NCBI GenBank assembly: GCA_963693365.1
Contig: CAVNZM010000001.1
Location: forward strand, 6,092,907-6,156,906
Reading direction: 5' to 3'
DNA: 64,000 bases
Origin: Amoebidium appalachense
Taxonomy: Eukaryota; Protista; Ichthyosporea
Both the position numbers and the translations under genes were made by a program. How positions within the stretch are numbered: the stretch's first letter is position 1; each line of letters starts with the position of its first letter. The notes beneath the pieces are model-generated. The model saw nothing but the letters and a program-made list of their open reading frames with translations. It made no database searches and had not been told where the DNA came from. This document shows, in pieces, positions 1 to 58,743 of the stretch.

Positions 1-824
1 GGGAGGGGAGGGGCGGGGGGGGGGGGGGGGGGGGGGGGGGGGGAGGGAGAGAGGTTGTGGGGGAGGGGGAGGGGGGAGAAGGAGGGGAAGGGGGGAGCGG
101 GAGGAAGGGTGGGGGCGGGAGGGGGGGGGGGGCAGGGGGGGTTAGTGTTGGGGAGCGGGGGGGGAGGGAATGGGGATCTGAGGTCTGAGAAGGGGCGAGG
201 GAGAGGGAGAGGGGTAGGGCAGGGGTGTGCGTGGAAGGAATACTCCAGGGGCAGGATGAACCAAAATAGGGATGGGATGAAGATTGGGTGAGTAAAAAGT
301 CACATGACTTGTACACACAGGGGCAAAACAGTGGGTCTTGTGGGTAGGCATACATACATGTTGGTGAGTTTGGTTGGAAAGTGGTGATTGTATATTGGGT
401 TCATGTAAGTGTGCATGTTGTGTGTGTGTGTGTCCCTTCGAGGGGAAAGGAAGGGGGGGGGGGGAGGGGGGGAGCTTTTTGTTGAGAAGAAGGTCTAGGC
501 TTGGATGTAGATATTGCATTGCAAATCAACTGTTTAGTAATGCGCTCGAAGGAGCACACTAACTGCCAGGGAATCGACAAGGCGTGGAAGTTAGCGGGAA
601 AAGGCACATACACATGTGGAAAGGGTCAGGTAGGGATTAGCTGGAAAGGGGCAGAGAGAAGTGCTACTGGGACAGCAAAGGAAACGGGTTTTGGGGGAGG
701 GAGGAGGGGGGGGGGGAGGGGAGGGGGGAGAGGGAGGGAAGGGGGGGGGGGGATTTACAGGATAGAGGGCAAGAGCAGGGATGACTTGGTGTTTGTGAGG
801 GTTGCTTACCTTCTCCTGTTTCAG

Positions 825-22357
<21,533 letters not shown>

Positions 22358-22564
22358 CCAGTGCATATCCCGTGCTCGCACCTTGTGTGTGTCTCTGCTG
22401 ATGAGAGCTCATGCGTGTGGGGGTGGTGTGGGGTGGTGTGTTGGACGTGTATGATTACAGTTGTGTGTAATGATCACTCTGTTCCTCCAAAGCTAGCCCT
22501 CGCTCCTCCTCCTCCTCCTCTTGAATGTTTTCGTGGTTTCTTGTGTGTGTATGTGTGTGTGTGT

Positions 22565-22595
<31 letters not shown>

Positions 22596-23244
22596 CTGTG
22601 TGTGTGGGTGTGTGTGTTTGTAAGGGATTTGTTGTTTGAGCCTGCATTTTGCATTTACTTCTCCTTGTGGGGTATGGTTTCGTTCCATCGAACCCAGGCA
22701 TGTATGTGCTGGTGCCTGTATATGGGTTCGTGCAGTAAATGATGACTTAATGTATGAAACGTATGACAGCAGCATCCATTGCACCGTTGAATGTGATGAT
22801 TGACTTTTTATGAATGTGAAGGTAACACTTAGTTAACCAAGAAGGAAAGGTAACGATATATGGGTGGTTGACTGTGTTGTACACTACTGTATAGTGTATT
22901 ATGATGTACAGGGGCAACCGTTTTTGCCGGGCTACTATCATATGCAGGTATATGATAGACATTGTGTACTTTTTATAGCAACATGCATCTCGTGGTTTCC
23001 TTTCCGTATTTTTTATGACAGTCTTGCTGGTCAGAGCTGTCTACTTTTGAATATTTTTTTTTCTGTACGAGACCGACTTTACACGAAGCTATCATATGCA
23101 AGAAATAAAACTTTTAAATGTAGCGGGAGTTTCCATAATCTCCTAATGCGGCAAACTCACAGATTCGTCCTTTTTCTTTCTTTCTTTCTTTTTCCATTTT
23201 TTTTCCCAAAGTTTTTTTTTTCCCTTGTTTTTGTTGTTTGGGGG

Positions 23245-23284
<40 letters not shown>

Positions 23285-23550
23285 GATAACAAGACTGCTA
23301 TTTCGAAGCCAATGATTGAGTCTGACAGCAATACAACGTCAGTTAGGCCTACGCCGATCAGTAGATGTTATATGCGCCAGGTCTTGAAATGCCGACTTTG
23401 ACCTAAAGGGATTTGTTTTCTAGCAAAGTTTCAGGGCCTTGAAGCCCAGGGATCCTCGAGAATCCCAGGATGGCACGTGCTGTTCGGTTTCGTTTTCCGC
23501 AGGCGATACCTCCATATGATTTGAAATTTACTACAAGTTGCAAATCCAAG

Positions 23551-23590
<40 letters not shown>

Positions 23591-23942
23591 CCCACCCCCC
23601 TCCCCCGGGGCACCGCCACGTACCACCACCACCACCGACACGCATACTCTAATGGAGATAGTGTGATGGAGTGTGGGGTGATTAGGACTGTTTTGTATGT
23701 ATTAAGTCATGATCGAGACCCCGATTTCATAGGTAAAGGTGGTCCGATGTTGGAAATAAAAGTCAGAGAGGGTTGGGATTTTGAGAGGTTTTTCTGTTAA
23801 ACTTTGCTGTTTGCGAAACCTTGAGAATTTGGAATTTGCCGATTTGGGTGGCTGTAGGTGTTGGGTGGGAGAGATGTATGTTTGTGGCCACTATGTTGCG
23901 GGGTTTTCCCTTAATCCAAAAAATGGATGGAGTATTGCCTAC

Positions 23943-24623
23943 TTAGCCTCTTAGCGTACTGGGAGAAATATTAATGGGGGAGGAAAAGGGCGAGGGGGGG
24001 AAGGGGAGAAGGGGGGGAGGGGGGGGGGCCGGGGGGCCGGGGCCGGTTGAGCAGCTGACACGATTACCATGGCCTAGGTCCCGACGGCACTACCTTTTAG
24101 GGAGGATCGAGGCGGGATAGGGATCTTGAGGGCGCGGGGGGAGAGGTGGGGGAGAGGGGGAGGAGGGGGGAGGGGGAGAAGGGGGAGGTTTCAGACAACA
24201 TAGAATTGAGGTACAGGGAAGTGCTACAGCAATTGGCTTAAGCTTAAGGTAGGTTATGTATGAGGGGTTTGCAATTGTTGGTACATAGTTATCCTGAGAG
24301 GGGTTTTTTATTCTTGCTGTTGTGGTGGTGATGATGGTGGTTGTGGTTGGGGATGGGGGGGGGGGGGAGGAGGGGGGGGGGGGGGGGGGAGGGGGAGAAG
24401 GATCCGGAGTCCGCGGAGTGGACCCAGGGGGCGAGTGGGGAGAGAGGTTTAACCATATTTGGATGTGTGCGTGTGTCAACATTGCAGTAGGTGTTTCTGT
24501 GGAAGTAGGGGAGCTTGTGTGTGAGGGGGGAAGTTTGACGTGCAAGGGTACATGGGGGGCCTAAAGAGGAAGATAACACAGTGTACACTGTAAACTTTAA
24601 GGGATACCACTGAAGGTGATGGT

Positions 24624-24668
<45 letters not shown>

Positions 24669-24954
24669 GGCCTTTGGTGTTCACGTGCTTGTACGTGCGT
24701 ATCATGGTGGTTAGAGCCTCCGAGTCACAATGGAAGTCCGGTCGAAGGCAGTGCCCGGGCCGGGGGGGGGGGGGGGGGGGGGAGGGGGGAGGGGTTGGTT
24801 ACTCTTCGTGTACACCATTTTTGTGATACAGGATGTGTTGTGATCGACGGTACCGGTATGGGAATTATGGTGGTTGTGGTAGTCATATGGTGGTCGGTGG
24901 GAACTTGAGGGTTGGTTCTTTTTTTTTTTTTTTTTTCCCCTTTTCGGGGGTCCA

Positions 24955-24995
<41 letters not shown>

Positions 24996-25881
24996 CTCCC
25001 TCCCTTTTCCATGTGGTTTAATGGGGGGTAATTAATTCCGCACAGTTCAGCATGGCACAAGTAATTCTGACGTTTTAAAGGTGTTGCATTCGGTAGCCGG
25101 AAGAAAGGGAGGGGGGGGAGGGGAGGGGGATTTCGAAATGTAGCTACGAAGTAAATCATTAGCTAGTCTTTGCCTGTGACGGCTTTACCCCACGATTAGT
25201 GACAGGTGTGTGTATTTGTGTGCATGTGGGTGTGTTCTTGACGATTCATGGACGCACCTGTAGCACCAAAGAGGGAAGTCGGATAAGTGGGAATTTCAGA
25301 GAAATACATAGCAGGTGCCTCAGGGAGGAGGAAGGGTGGATGTGGGGAGTGGGAGAGAAAGAAAGAGGGAGAGAGAAACCGGTGTATCTGTGCGTGCATG
25401 GGTGCGTGAATTCATGTTAAAAATAAATCAGTGACTCCGTCCAACTGGCAGTGTGCGTGCATATGCTTGCCATTTCGAGCCTGTGAGTGTGTGCCAGCGC
25501 GAGTGGCACACATTCAGCATTGTCATAGACATTAATGTTTTGCGTGCGTGGTCGAGTCCCGTCCGGGATCCAAGGGCGCGAGTGAGTGTCGGTGCCTTTC
25601 TCCTTACCGTGACTATCTGTTTGGTGCGTGAGTAACACACTTTACATGTGTGGATGTTTGACATTTGGAGTCTTGGTGTCTAGTGTACGTGCATAATGGT
25701 GTGTGGATAGTGTGGGGTGTGCGTGTAGGAACGTGCTTATGTGTGGTACAATTAACATGTGTAGGTATGTAGTACTACGAAAGTGTGTGTGCGCATGGAC
25801 GTGTGCGTGTATTTGGTGCGTGGCAACTTTGTGTGTGTGAGTGAGTGTGTGTGTGTGCGTGCGTGTGTTTGTTGTGTGTGT

Positions 25882-25912
<31 letters not shown>

Positions 25913-26036
25913 GGGGGGGGGGACATGGGGGTGGTTACATTGATGTTTAGAGCAGACGAGCAACAAGCACTTACTCTTAGAGCTTCATTGTTATAGATCC
26001 CAGGGGACGTGGGGAGAGTTCTCGACGAGGAGACTC
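23943..26036 (-). CDS. Tentative multi-exon Pro/Thr/Ser-rich orphan gene (5' end not found)
   Basis: Minus-strand AG..GT-bounded segments 26036-25975, 25616-25608 (9 nt), 25318-25258 and 24903-24803 join in phase (..PGIYNNEALR-IVT-APAMYFSEIPTYPTSLFGATVPTDHHMTTTTT..). Segments 24560-24454, 24293-24215, 24124-24094 and 23958-23943 join in phase to a TAA. The link between the two chains is unresolved. Homopolymer runs are mostly poly-G on + here, as expected for a - strand gene. Confidence 0.3.
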
Positions 26037-26049
26037 CTCCAGAAAGAGT

Positions 26050-26080
<31 letters not shown>

Positions 26081-26204
26081 GGGAGTGACGGGGTCCAAAG
26101 GGGGCCAGGAGGGGGGGGGTGGGAGGGGGGAGCCCGGGGGGCAAGAAAGTGGTGAGCCCCCCCCCCCCCCCCCCCCCCCCTCTCTCCCCCCTTTCCTCAC
26201 TCCC

Positions 26205-26254
<50 letters not shown>

Positions 26255-28820
26255 ACAAACCCCCGTCCACCGCCCCACTTTCAAAATCAGCGTTTCTTAT
26301 AATGCCAAATCATTGGACCCAGTCATGACATCCGCGATGCAATGCATAGATGGAACCTGGCATGGTAATGATATTGAGCGCTGCAGCAGCGGCGTGGCTT
26401 TAGCGTGATAGCTGCGGAAACTTCTGAAATATAATAATCCACAACCTGTGTGAAGTATGATACTTGTGTCTGCTACCACCAAACGTATAAGGGTGCATTT
26501 TGTGGGCCGCACACTCTGCCGCACACATGGTGCCGGTTCTGCTGGACCACTGGTGCCGCCCGTTGGGAGGTTTCGCGCCAAAACTTAACAGCCAATGGGA
26601 TGTTTCCCAGCCCGGGGATTTTGATGATGAGCCGCGTGCCAACCACCCGCACCATTGTGAGTTTGTGACCCACATTAGGTGTCTTACACAATTCATCAAC
26701 ACCTTATTCCCCCTTGTAACATGCTTTGAATTTATTCTGTAAGAGAAATTATGATTGATAGTGGTTGCGCTTCTGCTCATAAGCGTGTGAATCATAGTAA
26801 TGTTACTAGGGGTAGCAATCCTTTATCAGCCATATATGCATAAAGCATTCCATGCTGATAGATGGCCTGTCGGCAATTGCGGGTTCGCGTAAACCCAATA
26901 AAGTTAGAGAAATAGCGATATCATTGGCCAAGGTGATTATAAACATCTACCCAATAGAACATTCGTATTAAGCGTACATGACATTTTGCTGTCAACTACT
27001 GTACTCTGCTAATCACAAGCTTAGAACCTCTGATATAAAAATTCCAACAAGAAAATGTGATTGGAAGAAGCGACCTCTATGTGAAGAAATCAGTGCTATC
27101 GTGATCTAAAAGTAAACATTCGTCACGAGCAGAAGGAATGTGCGATAGCGACTGAACACTGGTTTCACGTCACGTACCTGCTCTTCCCGGCCTCAAGATG
27201 ACAAAGGCTATTGGTGTAAAACAGTAACTGGCAATTGGTTGATCGAAAGACCGCGGAAGCTCCCTAGAAGCACAAGTTTTTGGGAGCTAATAAACTGAAT
27301 CTTAAATAAAGTTTTAGTAAATCCCTTTTGTTTGCTTAGGTTCATGCCCTGTTTCAGCTTCAAAGACGTAAATGGGGGTTTCATAAGTTATATTATAACA
27401 TCTAGATACTTTATAAACATCAAAACACATTAAGAATATTGCTGCAATTTGACAGCTATATTTCAAGTGGGAGGGAGTCCCACTCAGGGGAATGTGACTG
27501 CAGCGTGTGTGTGGTGTGGCCTGGTGTATTCCTACTGCTGTGAGAGTGTGGGGGCATCTCCCTTTCGCGGAGTTTCTCGCTTGAGAAGTGGTTTCTTCAA
27601 CGCCTGGTGGTCCACGGCAACCTATGGTAACTTCTACACGCTGTCTACGCTTCTACGCGACCTATTGGCTGTGAGCTGCTGCAACTTCTTCAGCTACCTC
27701 TGCGCTGCGTGAGTGGAGGGGCGGCTACTTGGTCGTCGGGGAGCTTTCGAAGTGACTGCCAGTCCTTAGCCTCCAGTCGTATGGCAATGACCGGGTTTGC
27801 TTGCATGCATTCTATAATTGTGTTTTTCTATGTGTCCTGCCACAACTAGCTATAGGCCACCTTATCAGAGAGCTAGATGCAGTTTCTCCGGGTTATCTAG
27901 GGGCCGGGCCCGTTGGGATTGTTTTTTAGCTCAGATTTGGTCTGCATTGCTCTTTTAGAGGCTGACTTGCTTGCTGTGCCTCGATAGGTTTTGAGGGGGG
28001 CCTGTTGGGAAGGAGCAGTAATGATGTCTTCTTGCAGAGTGTGGTCTGGTCAACATCGATGCATATGACTAGTTGGAGCAAACTAGTTTCACGCATACAC
28101 GTAGACTTACGGTTTTGCCCGCTGGTGTCCTTTGTCACTTGTCGCTTTATTTTTATTTCGTAGCTTTGGCTTTTTCAGTTCTATTGGTGGTTATGTAGCC
28201 TGTGGCTGCACGTTGCCTTCATCAACGGATCAATAAACCCGAGTCAAAAGAAAAATATTTCAAGTGCAGTCAAGGACGCATTTAAGTATAACCATGGAGT
28301 GTAGGGGGTCTGACGGAGGTTTACGTAGGCAAACCTATCATGCATTCTGTTTAAGCTATCCCTAAGATTCTAATATCTCTAGGTTATCAATTCTCCCCGA
28401 CAATATAGCATAAGACAACAAAACAATCACTTGCAGGTTAGTTTCATATCATATTTTCTGGCGCTAGTCCTCGTTATATTATATACGCAGTAAACGATGC
28501 AAATGAAGAACTATGCACACAAAGGGAACAGCTCTTAAATATTTAGTTATCTAAAAATAAATTACAATCTCTGTCTTACGCATAACATTTGATGTGTGTG
28601 ATCGCTTTACAAGACTCTACGCTTTGCACACAGTGTGACCGTCACCCAAAGCTCACCACACGTTTCGAATGAATGAACAACCCCATAAAACCAAGTTTTC
28701 ATAGTGGTAAAATTATTCACAAGTGATAAATGGTAATGGTTAAACGCAGTATCTCTCGTTGTGGTGGTTTTAAATATACGCCACATACTAGTTTATTCTA
28801 TGTCTAAACCTGTCTAACCG

Positions 28821-41577
<12,757 letters not shown>

Positions 41578-42414
41578 GTGGTGATTAGCAGCTATTTTAG
41601 GCACAAGCATGGGTTTAAGCGGAAGTCATTTTATACTTTTACAGTATTTTATAATATTCCTACTTTTTTTATATAAAAACTTTTTTTTTTGGCGCGCAAA
41701 AACTTCCCGCCCAAATTTCTATATTTGGCTAATCGTGCGATCGCGCGAAAATAATTGGTCCATACACATTTTTTTCGATTTTGCGATATTCCTACTTTTT
41801 TTATTGTTTTATATTCCGGCTTTCTTGATTGCATATTGCTTGTTTGTGTGATCATGCTAAATGGGTTAGCCTGAAGTATGTGTATTCTTGGATTTGTTCA
41901 TGATAAAACTGTTTGTGTTGTGATAATGCAACATGCACACAAGAGATCTCAGCCAAAAGAATGAATCTTTTTGTGGCTGTTTTGTGCACGAACCCTATTC
42001 TACTGTTATTGTTCGTGTAAGATATCAATTGTGGTGTGTTGTAATAGCATGTTACTTGTATCGTCATAACATTAGTGATAACTCGCTATTTAAATACCAA
42101 CCTTTTCCCATGGCGTGCACATAGCCAAATTCAATCTCAAACTCTGAAGGATTAGTGACACAACTTCGCCGACGATAACTCGACGTGTGTTCGTTGTTGC
42201 ACAATTGCAATCGTGCATTGAGTGATTCTGTGAATTATTCTGCATTTTTATTAAGGATATTGGCAAGTGCTAGCCATTTAGACAAAGCATGGAGACAATA
42301 CCCGTGCAATTAAAGGCGCCATCATATGCCCTGGCGGCTATGGCTAGCCATTAAAGACACGAAGTTTTCGCTTGCTAAACTATGATGTGCTCAGAAGTAT
42401 CCGAGTTCCTATCA

Positions 42415-42445
<31 letters not shown>

Positions 42446-42469
42446 TTCCCCCCCCCCCCCCCCTTCCCA

Positions 42470-42507
<38 letters not shown>

Positions 42508-42973
42508 CACACACGCCCACACGCTCACCGCCGCCGCCGCCATGATAATTGAAGGCTACTAGCATGTGTACCACTGTACACATATATGACAGCTCGTCCA
42601 GTCTATCCAGACGCAAACATGAAAGTGTACATACAAGCTTGGTGGAGTAATTTGGGATTGTACACTTAAGAATATTCAGTTAATTCAGAAGTTCTTTGGC
42701 ATGGTCAGAATCTAATAGCAGGGGTACCTGCATGCATGGTCACCTTTCCTGTGTACCACATGTATATAATATAGTAAGTATATCTCTATGGCGGCATATG
42801 CATGCTCATTCGGTGCTGTATGCAGTGCTTGTGTCTGCATGTGTGTGCGAACGTGCACACGGTACGCGTGTGTGTGTACTACTGGTGGGGATCAGGGGAT
42901 GGTGCGTATGTATGTGTGAACGTGCATCAGCATGCAGTACTTTGCTTGTGTTTGGCTGTGTACATGTAGACCT

Positions 42974-43247
42974 GGGGTTTACGCTGTTAACAGTTTACTC
43001 GATCGGCAAAGAGAGACCAGTCTCAGGTAAGGGGGGGTTTTGCTCGGAATATCCCCTCAGCGGTTTATCATGATCAAGTACATAGATGTCGAGTGCTGAT
43101 AAATATTAGGGTTTTTGTACAGTTTTCTTGCTCTACGAAGCACCATAAAGACTAAATCGATTAGTTGGGTTCCCCGTTTTTTTTTTTTTTTTTTTTTTTT
43201 TTTCTTTTTCTTTTTTCTTTTTCAAACGGGCTCCCCGGCCCTGGGAC
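42974..43247 (+). repeat. Arm A of a ~500-bp repeat; inverted copy at 44982-45223
   Basis: ggggtttacgctg..ccagtctcaggta..ttttgctcggaatatcccctcagcgg..tacatagatgtcg..ttagttgggttccccg(T)n..gggac is the imperfect reverse complement of 44982-45223. Confidence 0.9.
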
Positions 43248-43256
43248 AGTGTCACT

Positions 43257-43546
43257 CAGGATGCATTTGGTTGGTCGGCCCGACCCGGGACCGGCCGGTC
43301 ACCGAGTCGGTCGGTCGACCGAATTCACTTTGGCCGATACCCGGGAGCTGTAGATACCCGGCCGAGTCGGCCCGTGACCGACCCGACCCGGGTTCAAAAC
43401 CCGGCAGGGGTTACTAAGCGGGGGGCGGGGGGCCGGGGGGGGGGAGGTGGGGTAATATAGTTCAAATAATTGAGTTGTGTATAATTTTCCTTGTGTTTCC
43501 TGCACAAGAAACACACCACACACACACACACACACACACTGACACA

Positions 43547-43595
<49 letters not shown>

Positions 43596-43601
43596 CTCTC
43601 C

Positions 43602-43688
<87 letters not shown>

Positions 43689-43931
43689 ATCCCCCCCCCC
43701 CCCCACCCGAAAAGTTTCCCTCTGAGGCTCTCAGACTCTCAGAGTCTCTAGCTCTAGATAGATTCGAAGGAGAGAGTCTCTCTAGATATCATGATGTCTC
43801 TCAGGCTCTCTCTCCTTCTCTCCCAAGGCGGCCCCCCCTTCCCCCCCCCCCCCCCCCCCCCGAATCTCTCTTTCAGTCTCTCTCTCTCTCTCTTCTCCCT
43901 CTCCTCTCAGAGTCGTCTCTCTCTCTCCCTC

Positions 43932-44024
<93 letters not shown>

Positions 44025-44073
44025 TCTCTCTTTCTCCCCCCCCCCCCCCCCTCCCCCCCCTCCGAGGCTCTCT

Positions 44074-44142
<69 letters not shown>

Positions 44143-44351
44143 CTCTCTCGGCCTACAACACACTGACTGGCACACACCACCGGGCACATACACACACACA
44201 GTGTACACCGTGAAGTGGCACACACACACACACATGACAACACACACGCACACACTGTACACACACGTGCACGCACACACACGCACGCACACAATTGAAA
44301 GACACACCCACATAAACATACACACACGCACACACACACCGTGACACACAC

Positions 44352-44407
<56 letters not shown>

Positions 44408-44890
44408 GCTCGCGCGCACACCACGGTATTACACATCTGAAACATACAACCGTTGCAGAGCTAGTACTCCCGAGGTTATTATGCCGGTCGGCCCGATGAC
44501 CAGTATAACACCTAAATACATATTACCTTCCTGTAGAACTGGTCTTTCTCTAGCTGATGGTATTATTGATCAATTACCACGCTTTTACTGTACACGTGCT
44601 ATACAGTGGAGATCTAATAAGTATAAGGTGGCATCATTTGCATGCCCAAACAAACACACACACACACCAGTTTAACCGGTCATGTATTGCCAAATGTAGT
44701 TTGATAGACCACATAATACCGCAACACACACACGTCACATTCACAACAGACACCCAGAAAGATAGCCTACCTGTAAATTACAACATCCTTGATTTTATAC
44801 TAAACACGCGTAACTACGACCTGTTTATTAGATGTATTGATTGGCTTGAGAAACACATCACTACAAAATTATAGCGCACGCGCACACACA

Positions 44891-44965
<75 letters not shown>

Positions 44966-45355
44966 CCAGCTGATACCGAGTGTCCCAAGGGGAGCCCCTT
45001 CAAAAAAAAAAAAAAAAAAAAAAAAAAACGGGGAACCCCAACTAATTGATTTCTCCTTGTAGTCTTTATGGTGTCTCGTAGAGAAAGTAAACCCTGATAT
45101 ATAGTCACCACCCGACATCTATGTACGTGATCATGATATACCGCTGAGGGGATATTCCGAGCAAAACCCCCCCCCCATACCTGAGACTGGTTCTCTTTGC
45201 CTCGAGTAAACAGCGTAAACCCCGACCCGGTTTGGAAGTTGCGCGACCGGTGACCGACCGACCCGGGATTTTAAGTTTTCATAACCGACCGTACCCGACC
45301 CGACAATATTGAAACCCGACCGGGACCGGACCGTGAAACTTTTGGTGCATCCCTG
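43257..45355. mobile_element. Non-autonomous TIR DNA transposon (hAT-like ends) with 9-bp target-site duplication; no transposase ORF
   Basis: Left end CAGGATGCA, right end TGCATCCCTG. Flanked by the direct repeat AGTGTCACT (43248-43256 and 45356-45364). Dense subterminal CCGACC/GACCG/ACCCG motifs at 43275-43405 and 45224-45335. Confidence 0.7.
44736..45223 (-). repeat. Uninterrupted inverted copy (B'+A') of the repeat that is split by the TIR element
   Basis: 44736-44981 is the reverse complement of 45362-45674, and 44982-45223 is the reverse complement of 42974-43247. Confidence 0.9.
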
Positions 45356-45361
45356 AGTGTC

Positions 45362-45375
45362 ACTCGGTATCAGCT

Positions 45376-45454
<79 letters not shown>

Positions 45455-45466
45455 GTGCGTGTGCGT

Positions 45467-45528
<62 letters not shown>

Positions 45529-45674
45529 ATGTGTGCTAGAGTTTTGTATTGATGTGTTTCTCAAGCCAATCAATACATCTAATAAACAGGTCATAGTTAT
45601 GTGTGTTTAGTATAAAATCAAGGATGATGTAATTTTCAGGTAAGCTATCTTTCTGGGTGTCTGTTGTGAATGTG
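45362..45674 (+). repeat. Arm B of the split ~500-bp repeat
   Basis: actcggtatcagctgg(GT)n..gatgtgtttctcaagccaatcaatacatctaataaacagg..ctatctttctgggtgtctgttgtgaatgtg. Confidence 0.9.
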
Positions 45675-46391
45675 TGATCGTGTGTGTGATGTAGACATGT
45701 GTGCGTGTGGCAAGCTAGAGATTGTGTGTGTGTGTGTGTGTGTGATATAGTGCGTGCGCGTGCGTGTACACGTGTGTGCGTCATAGGGCCAGATGGTGCA
45801 CGGTGTTTGTGATGATGTTGCTAGCCGCGCTAGGTGTGCGTGCATGTGAGCACATATGCGCATGCCAATGCACGTGCAATAGTCAGGTGTGTGTGTGTGT
45901 GTGCGTGCGTACGTGTCACGTGTGTGTGTGTGGTAGGGGGCGGGGGGAAGGAAAGGGGAAGGGGCGGGGGGAGTTTTCACTGAGTATGGCCATTCATTAG
46001 TTTTGGGTGCCTGTGCGTGGCCGTGTTCAGCTTCTCAGCTGTGTGATCACCGTGAGGACGGTCACCGTGCGCACGTGCACATCGCTGTGATGTATTGGCC
46101 AGTAGCAAGCAGTGGCAACAATAACATTCCGTGTATCCGGTCAGGAATGTGCGAAAACGGTTCATGATTGGTTTCCTAAACCTATATATGGCTATTTTAA
46201 AGTATTTTTAACAAAAGACTTGAATCACTTGATGTCTCATTGATTCTTTTTCAGTCCGGGCCGAATTCACTGGTGTCGCTGTCATCAGAACCTTATAAGC
46301 AGGCTAAAAGCAGAAACAGAACAAGCAGGCCAACCATCCCAGCCCTCACCTCTACAGCCACACTTTACACTTTTCTACTTGTGCAGTCCAT

Positions 46392-46428
<37 letters not shown>

Positions 46429-46564
46429 ACGATCACCATCACCGCCATCTTCTCTCTCCCTGCCTCCCAATTTCTCCCCCCTGCCGCACCACCTAGACCC
46501 ACACACCATCACCCCTACCACCACCTACTAGCCCCGTCCCTTCCTCCTATCACAACACCCCAAC

Positions 46565-58526
<11,962 letters not shown>

Positions 58527-58708
58527 GGGTCAGAAACGGGTGTTCTTTACTTCTATTTTTTTTTCCTATTTTTTTTTTTCTCTCTATCCAAAAGTGTGTT
58601 GGTGTGGTGACGGTGGTTGTGTGGCTGTGTGTGTGTGCGTGCGTGCGTGTGTGCGTGCGTGCGTGCGTTGCGTTTGTGTGTGCCCGTGTGTGTGTGTGTG
58701 TGTGTGTG

Positions 58709-58743
<35 letters not shown>

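Noticed and set aside
26300-28050. Microsatellite-free stretch with several 70-130 aa ORFs
   Set aside because: I could not establish any recognisable domain, termini or consistent splice pattern. It may be promoter DNA or a decayed TE; left uncalled.
28731-28820. Hydrophobic in-frame stretch WLNAVSLVVVVLNI bounded by TAA codons, suggesting stop-codon reassignment
   Set aside because: No in-frame TAA/TAG occurs in about 66 other exons, and genes end at TAG/TGA normally. T-rich intronic DNA plus an acceptor at 28828 explains it more simply.
43275-43405. Short repeated CCGACC motifs as a CRISPR-like or iteron array
   Set aside because: Spacing is irregular, there are no unique spacers, and the context is eukaryotic; better explained as transposon subterminal repeats.
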